Source: a virus. Taken from it: 58,183 nt of DNA. Under the pieces are notes generated by a model. The model saw nothing but the letters and a program-made list of their open reading frames with translations, was not told the origin of the DNA and searched no databases. Positions within the stretch are counted from its first letter, which is position 1, and every line of letters starts with the position of its first letter. Shown in pieces: positions 31,269 to 39,553 of the stretch. The position numbers and the translations under genes are program-made. The stretch spans positions 1 to 58,183 of the IMG/VR virus record IMGVR_UViG_3300034069_000553; one strand, written 5' to 3'.

Positions 31269-31471
31269 TGGAAGAGCCCGCCATGGCTACCCGCGTCGTC
31301 GCTGTCCGTCGCGAGGCGGGCATCCACAACCGCGTGGAGGCAAGGCTCGACACCGGCCTGGTCCTGTTCGTGACCGAAGACGAGGTGCACGACCACCACA
31401 GGCGGTTGCCGCCCGGCACCTTCGCGGCAAACCCGTGCCGCTTCATCGGGGCAATCTTGGGATTCCGATGA
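31265..31471 (+). CDS. hypothetical protein
   Basis: overlapping start/stop. Confidence 0.45.
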   Translation: MMEEPAMATRVVAVRREAGIHNRVEARLDTGLVLFVTEDEVHDHHRRLPPGTFAANPCRFIGAILGFR

Positions 31472-31557
31472 CGATCCGACCAACTAGCACTGGCGCACCT
31501 TTTCAGGCATGAGAGGCGCGTCATTCCTACCCATCACTCCCATTTGAGCGATTTCCA

Positions 31558-32064
31558 TTGGCCGAGTTCAGCGACGCAGAAAAGGCACTGATTGTGACCC
31601 GGCTGGCGCACTTCAAGCGCCCGACCGACGTGCTCGAAGAACTGCGCGAGATGGGAATCGAGAGCGACCTGAAGCACATCGGTGGATACGATCCCACGCG
31701 GGGATACTTCCGCGCTGGTGATCGGTGGCGCGTTCTCTTCGAGGAGGAGCGCGAGGCGTTCATGGCCGGGCTGCGCGATATCCCGATCGCCAATCAGCGC
31801 TATCGTCTCCAAGGGCTGCAAGAAACGCTTGACCATGCGATGCGCTCGAAGAACCGGGTGCTCTACAACCAGACGCTGCGCCAGGCGGCGGAGGAAGTCG
31901 GCGGCGCGCTGACGAACGAGCGACAGGTCAAGGTGACCAAGGGCGCGGAAGAACTGACGCCCGAAGAGCGCCGCGCCGAGCTGACCCGCGTTCTGCGCGA
32001 GGCAATCGCCAAGATCGCCGGCGACCCGGCCGGTGCGGCGCCAGCACCAGAAGGAATCCAGTGA
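31558..32064 (+). CDS. terS: terminase small subunit candidate (DUF2280-like)
   Basis: SDAEKALIVTRLAHFKRPTDVLEELRE..GYDPTRG..RWRVLFEEEREAFMAGLRDIPIANQRYRLQGLQ matches my recollection of DUF2280; TTG start. Confidence 0.6.
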   Translation: MAEFSDAEKALIVTRLAHFKRPTDVLEELREMGIESDLKHIGGYDPTRGYFRAGDRWRVLFEEEREAFMAGLRDIPIANQRYRLQGLQETLDHAMRSKNRVLYNQTLRQAAEEVGGALTNERQVKVTKGAEELTPEERRAELTRVLREAIAKIAGDPAGAAPAPEGIQ

Positions 32065-32288
32065 TGCGAGCAGAGATCATCGTCGCGATCGGCGCGGCCC
32101 TCTTCATGGCCGGTGTGATCCTGTATGTCGGCTCGTGCCTGTTCTTCGCGGTGATGTGGCTGCTCAGGTGCCGGTTCGATCCGTCGCCCCTCGCCTTGCC
32201 AGTGGTGCTGATGGTGGTAGCCGCGGTGGTGGTGTTCGCGGGCATGTGGCTCGACGCGGCCCGCAACAAGGTACGGCGCCGGGGCTGA
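32061..32288 (+). CDS. small membrane protein (2-3 TM)
   Basis: hydrophobic segments IIVAIGAALFMAGVILYVGSCLFFAVMWLL and LALPVVLMVVAAVVVFAGMW. Confidence 0.55.
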   Translation: MMRAEIIVAIGAALFMAGVILYVGSCLFFAVMWLLRCRFDPSPLALPVVLMVVAAVVVFAGMWLDAARNKVRRRG

Positions 32289-32296
32289 TCCCCGGC
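32278..32296 (+). other. 7-bp-stem hairpin just before a GGCACAC box
   Basis: gccgggg-ctgat-ccccggc. Confidence 0.5.
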
Positions 32297-32297
32297 A

Positions 32298-32304
32298 GGC
32301 ACAC
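32298..32304 (+). promoter_or_regulatory. GGCACAC leader box
   Basis: GGCACACAGGAGATCACC-ATG(32316). Confidence 0.4.
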
Positions 32305-32315
32305 AGGAGATCACC

Positions 32316-33119
32316 ATGGGCTATCACCCCGAAACGCTGGCGTTCAGCTTCCCGCCCTATCCACGCGGCGGCATGTCGCTCCGGAATCACAAGCGACCAT
32401 GGAGCCTCGGCCGCGCGCTGTACGCGCTGAAGCCATGGATTGGCTTCGACGTGTGGCACATCGACCCGGAGAAGTCGGGTACTGGCAATCGGCGCGACGA
32501 CAGCTGCGGCTGGTTTCCGCGCAATCCCGGCCCATACGAGGCCGCGGTGAAGCAGGCCCTCGAAGATCGTGACGTGATGCAGCACATCGTAAACACGATG
32601 GATATGCAGGTGTTCTGGCGCAGCGCGTATCTTGAAGAGTATCCGGTCGAGGCGCGTGGCTGGAGGCGCGTGACGCCATCGGATGCACTCGCACTCGTGC
32701 TGATGGTGGGCTGCCGGCTCGAACACCTGCGTTGGTGGGAAGCGTATCGAGGGGCAAGCTGGTGGCGCAAGCCGTTCATCCGCCGGCACGACATGCTTCA
32801 GGTGCTGACTGATCTCGCGCTGAACCCCGGCGACAACCTCGCGCCATCCAAGGATGGGGAGCCGGAATCCTTCGTCCGCCTCGTTGCCGGCGCGATGCAC
32901 CGGCACATCCGACCATGGTGGCGGCACCCGCGCTGGCACGCGCACCACTGGCAGGTGAACATCGATCTCGTCCGCAACCTGCGCCGCGCGCTGGTTGATC
33001 GCTGTGCGACCTGCAACCGCCGTCTGGGCTTCGGTTGCTGCCCCACCAACATCGGCGGCAAGCTACACCACAGCAACTGCGCGGGTTTCGGCGCTGCGGT
33101 GGCCAAGGAGATTGCGTGA
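32316..33119 (+). CDS. hypothetical Trp/His/Arg-rich protein
   Basis: HIRPWWRHPRWHAHHWQ, C-terminal CATCN...HHSNC. Confidence 0.6.
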   Translation: MGYHPETLAFSFPPYPRGGMSLRNHKRPWSLGRALYALKPWIGFDVWHIDPEKSGTGNRRDDSCGWFPRNPGPYEAAVKQALEDRDVMQHIVNTMDMQVFWRSAYLEEYPVEARGWRRVTPSDALALVLMVGCRLEHLRWWEAYRGASWWRKPFIRRHDMLQVLTDLALNPGDNLAPSKDGEPESFVRLVAGAMHRHIRPWWRHPRWHAHHWQVNIDLVRNLRRALVDRCATCNRRLGFGCCPTNIGGKLHHSNCAGFGAAVAKEIA

Positions 33120-33466
33120 TGTGGTGGCCCTTCCGCCGCAAGTCGAAGCCCAAGCCCCTGCCGCACATGGGGCCGGCATCCGTGGATTGGGTGCCAGGCG
33201 ATATTGCGGAATGTGTGTCCGATCGCTGGAATCCGAAAGCCGTCGCCATCGCAGGCGTGCTGCCGCCCAAGATCGGCGATCGGCTGATGGTCAGGCAGGT
33301 CCAATACGGCATAGACCTGACCGGATGCTATACCGGCTTCGGCCTCTGGTTCATCGGCCGGGGCGGCATCGGCTACGATGCGGGCAACTTCCGCAAGATC
33401 GTCCTGGCCGACACCGGCGCCGACCGGAAGGTGGCGCGCAGCCGACCGCTGGAGCCAGTCCAATGA
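33119..33466 (+). CDS. hypothetical protein
   Basis: TGATG-coupled. Confidence 0.5.
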   Translation: MWWPFRRKSKPKPLPHMGPASVDWVPGDIAECVSDRWNPKAVAIAGVLPPKIGDRLMVRQVQYGIDLTGCYTGFGLWFIGRGGIGYDAGNFRKIVLADTGADRKVARSRPLEPVQ

Positions 33467-33621
33467 GCGGCAGGGGCATGGAATCCCGACCGTACAAGGA
33501 GCGCGCCGGCCGCGACGTTGCAGCCAAAGCCGAGCGTACCACGCTGCCCGAAGCACCCTGCTTCAACTGCGGCGCGCGCGGCTGGTGCCGTCATCGCAAG
33601 CCCGAACATCAACCCTCCTGA
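33463..33621 (+). CDS. hypothetical small protein with a CCHC-like knuckle
   Basis: CFNCGARGWCRH. Confidence 0.4.
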   Translation: MSGRGMESRPYKERAGRDVAAKAERTTLPEAPCFNCGARGWCRHRKPEHQPS

Positions 33622-33635
33622 CCCCGGAGAACACC

Positions 33636-34784
33636 ATGAAGACCATCGACCGTGTGAAAGCCCTGATCGGCGACCAGATCAACGTGCCGGCCGACACCAT
33701 CGCCGACGACGCCCCGCTGGCTGGCATGGGCATGGACAGCCTCGACCGCGTGGAACTGGCGATTGCGGTGGAAGAGCACTTCCACGTCGTCGTGCCGGAC
33801 GATCACATCGAGAGCGTGGATCTGGGCACGCCCTGCGGCATGGCCGGCTATGTGGACAAGCTGCTGAGCGAGAAGGCGGCGGAGCCACTCGGCGTGCCCG
33901 CTGAAGGGTACATCATCCGTGATAACACCTTCGCGGGAAACACCATCTCGGACAACCACATGCAGATCATCGCCCCGGTTATCGCGGAGCAGCCCATCAC
34001 GCGCGAAGAGATGATCCGCCGCGGCGTGGACGCCGACGAGGGCACGGCCATGAGCGTCATCGCCAAGCTGGGCTGGCCGACCGCGGCGAACCCGCAGGGC
34101 ACCGATCCCACGCACATTCTGGTGCCGGTGCCCGAGAAAATCGACTATGCCGCCATGTCTCCCGGCGAGATGCACTCGGCACTGTCTGGTGGCGCAGAGC
34201 CAATCGGCGGCGACGGCATGAAGTGGGTCGAGGCGTTCATGCAGATGGCGTCCGTGGCGGGGCCACTCGGCCGGGCAATGCGCGCCTATCCCGATGGCGA
34301 TGCGCAGCGCGAACTTCAAGGGATCATGCTCGGCTGGTTCGCCAACGCCATCATGGCGGGATACGATCACGCGCGGAACAACCCCGAAGCCATCGACGGC
34401 TCGGCGCTCGACAGCATCGCCTTTACCAAGAAGCCGGTGCAGATCGAGGCGGTGGAGTTCATCGGCGTCAAGGTCGAGGACGGCACGGCGCGCGCCCACT
34501 TCAACCGACCTGACCTGCCGCAGTGGCTGCTGGATGCGTTCGCCGAGGCGGACGGCGATCCCGGCGCCGCGTGGCTGCGCCACGATGGCAGCGTCGCCGA
34601 CGCGCCCACCGCGCCGAACGTGTTGGTCATCGGTACGCTTGAAGGCGAGCACATCGCGTCGCCAGGTGATTGGATCATCCGCGGCGTGGCCGGCGAGATT
34701 TACCCTTGCAAGCCGACCATCTTCGCCGCGACCTATGACCCGGTGCCGGCCGACGACGGTGCCGCGGCGCACGAGCCGCTGTGA
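33636..34784 (+). CDS. acyl/peptidyl-carrier-protein domain fused to phage domains (382 aa)
   Basis: The N-terminal 80 aa align with ACP: IDRVKALIGDQINVPADTIADDAPLAGMGMDSLDRVELAIAVEEHFHVVVPDDHIE (Ser codon 33738-33740). Also WFANAIMAGYD and a C-terminal GDWIIRGVAGEIYPCKPTIFAATYD module. Confidence 0.75.
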   Translation: MKTIDRVKALIGDQINVPADTIADDAPLAGMGMDSLDRVELAIAVEEHFHVVVPDDHIESVDLGTPCGMAGYVDKLLSEKAAEPLGVPAEGYIIRDNTFAGNTISDNHMQIIAPVIAEQPITREEMIRRGVDADEGTAMSVIAKLGWPTAANPQGTDPTHILVPVPEKIDYAAMSPGEMHSALSGGAEPIGGDGMKWVEAFMQMASVAGPLGRAMRAYPDGDAQRELQGIMLGWFANAIMAGYDHARNNPEAIDGSALDSIAFTKKPVQIEAVEFIGVKVEDGTARAHFNRPDLPQWLLDAFAEADGDPGAAWLRHDGSVADAPTAPNVLVIGTLEGEHIASPGDWIIRGVAGEIYPCKPTIFAATYDPVPADDGAAAHEPL

Positions 34785-34987
34785 TGACGCTCTTCGCTGT
34801 GTGGGTGGCTGGCGCGCTGCTGTTCCTCGCGTGGGTCACCCTGAAGGTGTGGACCGAGGGCTGGGACCCGAAGTGGCAGGTGTGGTCGCAACTCGTGTTC
34901 GCTGCGCTATGGGCGCTGCTCTGGCCGCTGGTGATCGTGATCCTTATCTGGGCCGTTCTGGTGGCCTGCTTCGAGCGGCGATACTGA
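34781..34987 (+). CDS. small membrane protein (2 TM)
   Basis: LFAVWVAGALLFLAWV and VFAALWALLWPLVIVILIWAVLVA. Confidence 0.55.
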   Translation: MMTLFAVWVAGALLFLAWVTLKVWTEGWDPKWQVWSQLVFAALWALLWPLVIVILIWAVLVACFERRY

Positions 34988-35142
34988 TGAAGGACATTGA
35001 GGCCGCGCGCTTGATGCGAGAGATGGGCGAAGACGAGCGCGAGGAAGCTATCGCGCTCGCGCCCAACGTCATCGACGCTCGCGGCCTTTTCCCGGCCAGA
35101 CCGGATACCGAACGCGCGCCGGCGCCTCCCGGCAAGGAGTGA
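34987..35142 (+). CDS. hypothetical small protein (51 aa)
   Basis: TGATG-coupled. Confidence 0.35.
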   Translation: MKDIEAARLMREMGEDEREEAIALAPNVIDARGLFPARPDTERAPAPPGKE

Positions 35143-35146
35143 TCCC

Positions 35147-35422
35147 ATGACGACGACCGTAACCGTGAAGACCCATGGCAACCCGGCGCTGGTGCGCTTG
35201 GAAAACCGCATCGATCATTCTACGCCCGAGCAATCCACCTATGGGCACAACAGCACCCGCATCTTCATTCCCAAGGACAGCACCCGCGAGTTCGTGGTGA
35301 CCGACTTGCAGACCGTCAGCAGTGTCGAAGAACTGCGCGTTCAAGCGACTAGCTTGGAGGATGCCTATCCCGTGGTTGATCTAGTGGAAGAGGCGGGCAG
35401 CGGAAGCGCGCGCAACTTCTAA
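35147..35422 (+). CDS. hypothetical protein
   Basis: SD ggag upstream; coding bias. Confidence 0.55.
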   Translation: MTTTVTVKTHGNPALVRLENRIDHSTPEQSTYGHNSTRIFIPKDSTREFVVTDLQTVSSVEELRVQATSLEDAYPVVDLVEEAGSGSARNF

Positions 35423-35425
35423 CCC

Positions 35426-36259
35426 GTGCTCCACAACCCGCTCGCTGAACTGATAACGCTCGGGCAGGCGGCCAACCTCGGACCGGAGCAGTTGGCCGCC
35501 GCGCTTGATGACGATTCCATCCTCGCCATCTTGAAGGAACTGGACCGCGAACGCGAAGCCGAGCGGTTCGGCAAGTTCCGCAGCATCTTCCCCGACGAAA
35601 CCACCATGGTCGGGGATACGCTGTATTATGCCCGCGACCTGTACCCGAAGCACCTTGAGTTCTTCCGCGCCGGCAAGCTGTACCGCGAGCGGTGCGCGAT
35701 GGCGGCCAACCGCGTGGGCAAGACCTTCGGCATGGGCGGCTACGAGGTGGCCTGTCACCTGACCGGCCGCTACCCGGCGTGGTGGGAGGGCAAGCGCTTC
35801 CGTCATCCGATCCGCGCATGGGCCTGCGGCAAGACCAACGAGACGACGCGCGACATTGTGCAGAACGTGCTGCTGGGCGATATCGCCTACGACGGATCGC
35901 GCAAGGTGATGGACGGCTCGGGCATGATCCCGCGCGACGCGATCGACCGCGGCCAAGGTGGCACGACGTGGAAGCAGGGCGTTTCCGATCTCGTCGACAC
36001 GGTGCGTATCAAGCACGTCCAAGGTGGCTGGTCCAAGCTCGGGCTCAAGAGCTACCAGCAGGGACGCGGCAGCTTCGAGGGTGTGGCCCAGCACGTCATC
36101 TGGGATGACGAGGAGCCGCCGCTCGACGTGTGGAGCGAGCAGTTGATCCGCCTCGCCACCACCAAGGGCATCTTGCTGCTGACATTCACCCCGCTGGAAG
36201 GTATGAGCGAGGTTGTTCAGCAGTTCCTGCCGGCGGAGTACCGACCGGCGACCGCATAG
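35426..36259 (+). CDS. terL: terminase large subunit, ATPase half only
   Basis: Walker A AANRVGKT, Walker B VIWDDEEPP, coupling motif TFTPLEG; ends ...LPAEYRPATA-TAG. Confidence 0.85.
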   Translation: MLHNPLAELITLGQAANLGPEQLAAALDDDSILAILKELDREREAERFGKFRSIFPDETTMVGDTLYYARDLYPKHLEFFRAGKLYRERCAMAANRVGKTFGMGGYEVACHLTGRYPAWWEGKRFRHPIRAWACGKTNETTRDIVQNVLLGDIAYDGSRKVMDGSGMIPRDAIDRGQGGTTWKQGVSDLVDTVRIKHVQGGWSKLGLKSYQQGRGSFEGVAQHVIWDDEEPPLDVWSEQLIRLATTKGILLLTFTPLEGMSEVVQQFLPAEYRPATA

Positions 36260-36270
36260 AGGGGAATGAC

Positions 36271-36633
36271 ATGAGGTTGATCGCGAACGTTCTGGTCGCC
36301 GCCGCGCTGCTCGCCGCGCCGGGCGCCGCCGCCCAAGTGCAGCGCACCATGACCAACGACCGCTGCTCTGGCAGTATCGCGGTGGGCGGCACGTCACAGA
36401 TCGCGGCGAACGGCGACAACTCCCGCGTGTGGCTGGTGGTGCAGAACCCGATCAACGCCACCGAGCCCCTGTTCGTGGACTTCGGCCCGAACCATTTGGC
36501 ATCCTCGACGCTTTCCACGCAGCTCGCGCCTGGCGGATCGGTCAGCTTCTTCGGCGGCGTGGTGCCGATCCAGCAGGTGAACGTGAACGCCGCGACCAGC
36601 GGCCACACCTTCATCTGCGAAACCGGGAGGTAA
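36271..36633 (+). CDS. secreted protein (signal peptide), unknown function
   Basis: MRLIANVLVAAALLAAPGAAAQV...; SD agggga. Confidence 0.6.
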   Translation: MRLIANVLVAAALLAAPGAAAQVQRTMTNDRCSGSIAVGGTSQIAANGDNSRVWLVVQNPINATEPLFVDFGPNHLASSTLSTQLAPGGSVSFFGGVVPIQQVNVNAATSGHTFICETGR

Positions 36634-36636
36634 GCC

Positions 36637-37176
36637 ATGCGCCTGCTACTGTTCGCGCTTGCTGCGCTTACTGCGCTCGTCGCCGCGCCCGCCGCGGCTC
36701 AGGTCAGCAACCCGCCGGCCGTCCCCAACCTGCCCGATCCGGCCACCATCGCCACGAAGCAGAACGTGGCCGACGCGATCGTCCAATCCACTCCCGGCAC
36801 CTGTCCGATGCCCGAGCGCGATACCCTGTCCGGTTCGGCTGGCGTGGGTGATCGGTGTATGCCGCGCTCCGACAACTCGCGGCCGTCCGTCATTCAGGCC
36901 AAGACCACCATCACGGCAGCGGATTCCAGCTATTCGGTGACTTTCGACGTGCCGTTCCCCTCGACGCCAATTTACGCCGACGCGCGCGTGTACGGGGTGG
37001 ACCAGCCCTATATCTGCACCGTCAAGACGCTGACCACGACCGGCGCGACTGGACGTTGCTTTCAGCTCGTCGCCACAACGCTGCCGACCCTGACGACTTC
37101 CCTGCTGGGTCTTGTCGTCTCTCCCGTCGCCAGTGCTGCCGGCAATCTTTCCGTGCGCGTCGTTGCGCGTCAGTAG
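36637..37176 (+). CDS. secreted protein (signal peptide), unknown function
   Basis: MRLLLFALAALTALVAAPAAAQV..., signal similar to the previous ORF. Confidence 0.6.
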   Translation: MRLLLFALAALTALVAAPAAAQVSNPPAVPNLPDPATIATKQNVADAIVQSTPGTCPMPERDTLSGSAGVGDRCMPRSDNSRPSVIQAKTTITAADSSYSVTFDVPFPSTPIYADARVYGVDQPYICTVKTLTTTGATGRCFQLVATTLPTLTTSLLGLVVSPVASAAGNLSVRVVARQ

Positions 37177-37186
37177 GAGAATCGAC

Positions 37187-37429
37187 ATGGCATCCCTCCC
37201 CTTTGATCCGAACAACCCCGAGGTGCGCGTCGCCGGCTTGCCGGTGCTGCTGGGTGTCGATGGCGGCGGCTATTACGCCACTGCCACGTTCCAGAGCGTG
37301 TACGTCAACTCCTCCCCGCTGATCGTCTATCTCGATCCGCCGGTCGCGACCGTTGCCGAGGTGAGCCTTCCAGGTCTGCTGGTGGCATTGCTCGGCGCGC
37401 TGGCGAATGGCGCTATCATCCAAGCCTGA
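37187..37429 (+). CDS. hypothetical small protein with a hydrophobic C-terminus
   Basis: SD taggaga; LPGLLVALLGALANGAII. Confidence 0.5.
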   Translation: MASLPFDPNNPEVRVAGLPVLLGVDGGGYYATATFQSVYVNSSPLIVYLDPPVATVAEVSLPGLLVALLGALANGAIIQA

Positions 37430-37440
37430 AGGAACGCCTC

Positions 37441-39549
37441 ATGCCGACGATCCGCATTCCCACCAGCAATCCAAAGTTTGGCCGCTTCGTTCCTGTCGGC
37501 GTCAACGGCGCCGTGCGGCGTATCCCGGTGGGTGTGGACTTCGATGCGACGGATGCGGAGATGGGCGCGCTGGCCGCCGCCGGCGTGCCCACCAGCATTG
37601 GCTCGCTGCCGGCCGGCACGATCATGCTTCCCACCAGCCTTGGCTCGCGTATCCCGATCGGCCTGAACGGGGTCGTGTCCTATCTGCCGACAGGCATCCC
37701 CTTCGCCGCCACGCCCGAGCAGTTGGTGGCTCTTGATCGGAAGGGCATATCTTACTGGTCGGCGACAGTCGTGCCCGCGCAAACATTTCCTACCCCAGCG
37801 GATTTCCTGCTGGTCGGTAACCGCTTGGCCTATCCAGTCGAGACCACCCCAGCTGCGCAATTCGTGGGCGGCTTCATGACCTATCAGGCCCCACCGTGGG
37901 ATACAGTAGGCTGGCGCTTTGGTTTTGTCGGATTTGCCGGCCAGAACAATATCGGCGAAACCAATCTCGGCAACGACGTGCCCTACGAGGCGGCTCTTAT
38001 CGAGATCAACGACGTAAAGTATTATTTGCCGGCCACGCCGGGACAGGCGACTACTTCGCCAAACCCCTTCGTCGTCCCCAATGGCGGCTTCTACTGGACG
38101 GCAGATCACAACATTGTCGTTCCAGCGAACACGATCGTCCGTATTGGTTGGGCCGATGCCGCGCCGACTACCGCCACTATTAATCGAGTGACGGCAATCA
38201 CGCAGGTGGGGCCGGAACTTTTTGCTACGGCGTCCGGGCGCGGAGATTATAGCACTGGCGGATCAACATCCCGCTTGTCTCTTGTGGCGTCCAACACCAC
38301 GGCTGCATCGACGTCTCCCGGCTTGGGTCTTCTTGGCAACAAGTTTATTGGGGCTCCCGCTAAGGTTGTTGCCCGTCCGCTCACGATAGCAGACGCCGCA
38401 AAGGCAAAGGCATTTCTCGGCGTAGGTATGTCGATCGATTGGGGCGGCAATCACAAAAACGCTGTTTACGGTTCGGACGGCGTTCATTCGATGGCCTATG
38501 GCGGCTTTGGTTATGGCCTTGCCGACCCCACGAACGGGCGCATCCCTTTTGCGACTTTCGCGGTTCCCGGCACGCGGGCACTGGATATCACCAATAATCC
38601 CGGCGCAGCACCGGGCGTTGGTGCGTCCGGCTGGGCCAAGCGCGAGGCGTTCTTCGCGGCTGTCGGCTTCCCATGGACTCACGTAATCATGGGTGCGCCA
38701 ATCAACGACATTACGGCTTTCCCGAGCGCCACTGTGACCGCCAATCTCGATGCCGCACTGGCCGCGATCAAGGCTCGGGGTGGTCGCAAGACGATCCTCA
38801 CCCCGGCGCGCCCCCAAACCAACGCGGCCGAAGACCCTGGCGCAACGGCGAATGGATATCTCTACACTGGCGGAGACACGCACCAGACGCGCAGCGCGGA
38901 TAGCGTACATGTGGCGGTTGATGCGTACATCATGGCAAAGCCCGTCAATGTGGATTTCGTGCTCGACATTCGGCCGGCGCACGAAAGTTCGACCGGGAGC
39001 CGCAAGTATAAGCAGGGTCAATCCACCACGCTTGCGCAAGCCGCAGCCGGCCCGCCTGCCAACGTAGTCGGGTCGATCGCGGCTGGGTCTAACGTTCTGA
39101 CGGTGGAAAGCGTCGGGTCGGGCACGCTGGCGGTGGATCAGCGCGTCACGGTAGCGGGCCTGCCCACCAATACCTTCATCAACGCTCTAGGTACGGGGAC
39201 GGGTGGCACGGGAACCTATACCCTGTCCGCCAATGCCACGGCGGCGGTTTCGAGTGCGACCCTGACAGTGACCGGCGTTTATCGAATCACGGTTTCGGAC
39301 GGCTCGCGGATTGCGCCCGGTGATTTCATTGCCATCAATCCAAATATCTCCGCTTCTCTGTCCGAAGGCGCAATCGTTACCACGAAGGCGGGCAATGTCC
39401 TGACGCTGACGGGAGGGCTCACAAAGGCGCAGGCGAGCGGCGCGACCGTGACCGTTCAGTGGGTGGCAGACGGAACGCACCTTTCCACCGCGGGAGCAAA
39501 GGCCGAGGCTGCCATCGTGGACGCTGCAAAGCCGGCGATGACGGTTTAA
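37441..39549 (+). CDS. 702-aa protein with two N-terminal 'PVGVNG' modules and an SGNH/GDSL-like hydrolase domain (fibre/esterase candidate)
   Basis: Block I-like GVGMSIDWGG (Ser 38431-38433), block III-like MGAPINDI, block V-like WVADGTHLSTAG at the C-terminus. Confidence 0.55.
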   Translation: MPTIRIPTSNPKFGRFVPVGVNGAVRRIPVGVDFDATDAEMGALAAAGVPTSIGSLPAGTIMLPTSLGSRIPIGLNGVVSYLPTGIPFAATPEQLVALDRKGISYWSATVVPAQTFPTPADFLLVGNRLAYPVETTPAAQFVGGFMTYQAPPWDTVGWRFGFVGFAGQNNIGETNLGNDVPYEAALIEINDVKYYLPATPGQATTSPNPFVVPNGGFYWTADHNIVVPANTIVRIGWADAAPTTATINRVTAITQVGPELFATASGRGDYSTGGSTSRLSLVASNTTAASTSPGLGLLGNKFIGAPAKVVARPLTIADAAKAKAFLGVGMSIDWGGNHKNAVYGSDGVHSMAYGGFGYGLADPTNGRIPFATFAVPGTRALDITNNPGAAPGVGASGWAKREAFFAAVGFPWTHVIMGAPINDITAFPSATVTANLDAALAAIKARGGRKTILTPARPQTNAAEDPGATANGYLYTGGDTHQTRSADSVHVAVDAYIMAKPVNVDFVLDIRPAHESSTGSRKYKQGQSTTLAQAAAGPPANVVGSIAAGSNVLTVESVGSGTLAVDQRVTVAGLPTNTFINALGTGTGGTGTYTLSANATAAVSSATLTVTGVYRITVSDGSRIAPGDFIAINPNISASLSEGAIVTTKAGNVLTLTGGLTKAQASGATVTVQWVADGTHLSTAGAKAEAAIVDAAKPAMTV

Positions 39550-39553
39550 ATAA

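Noticed and set aside
36260-39553. Intein or self-splicing intron interrupting terL
   Set aside because: There are no intein junction residues or blocks at the ends of the two TerL ORFs. The insert is filled end to end by four ORFs with SDs and normal coding bias, leaving no non-coding ribozyme core. RNA evidence would still be needed to exclude splicing formally.
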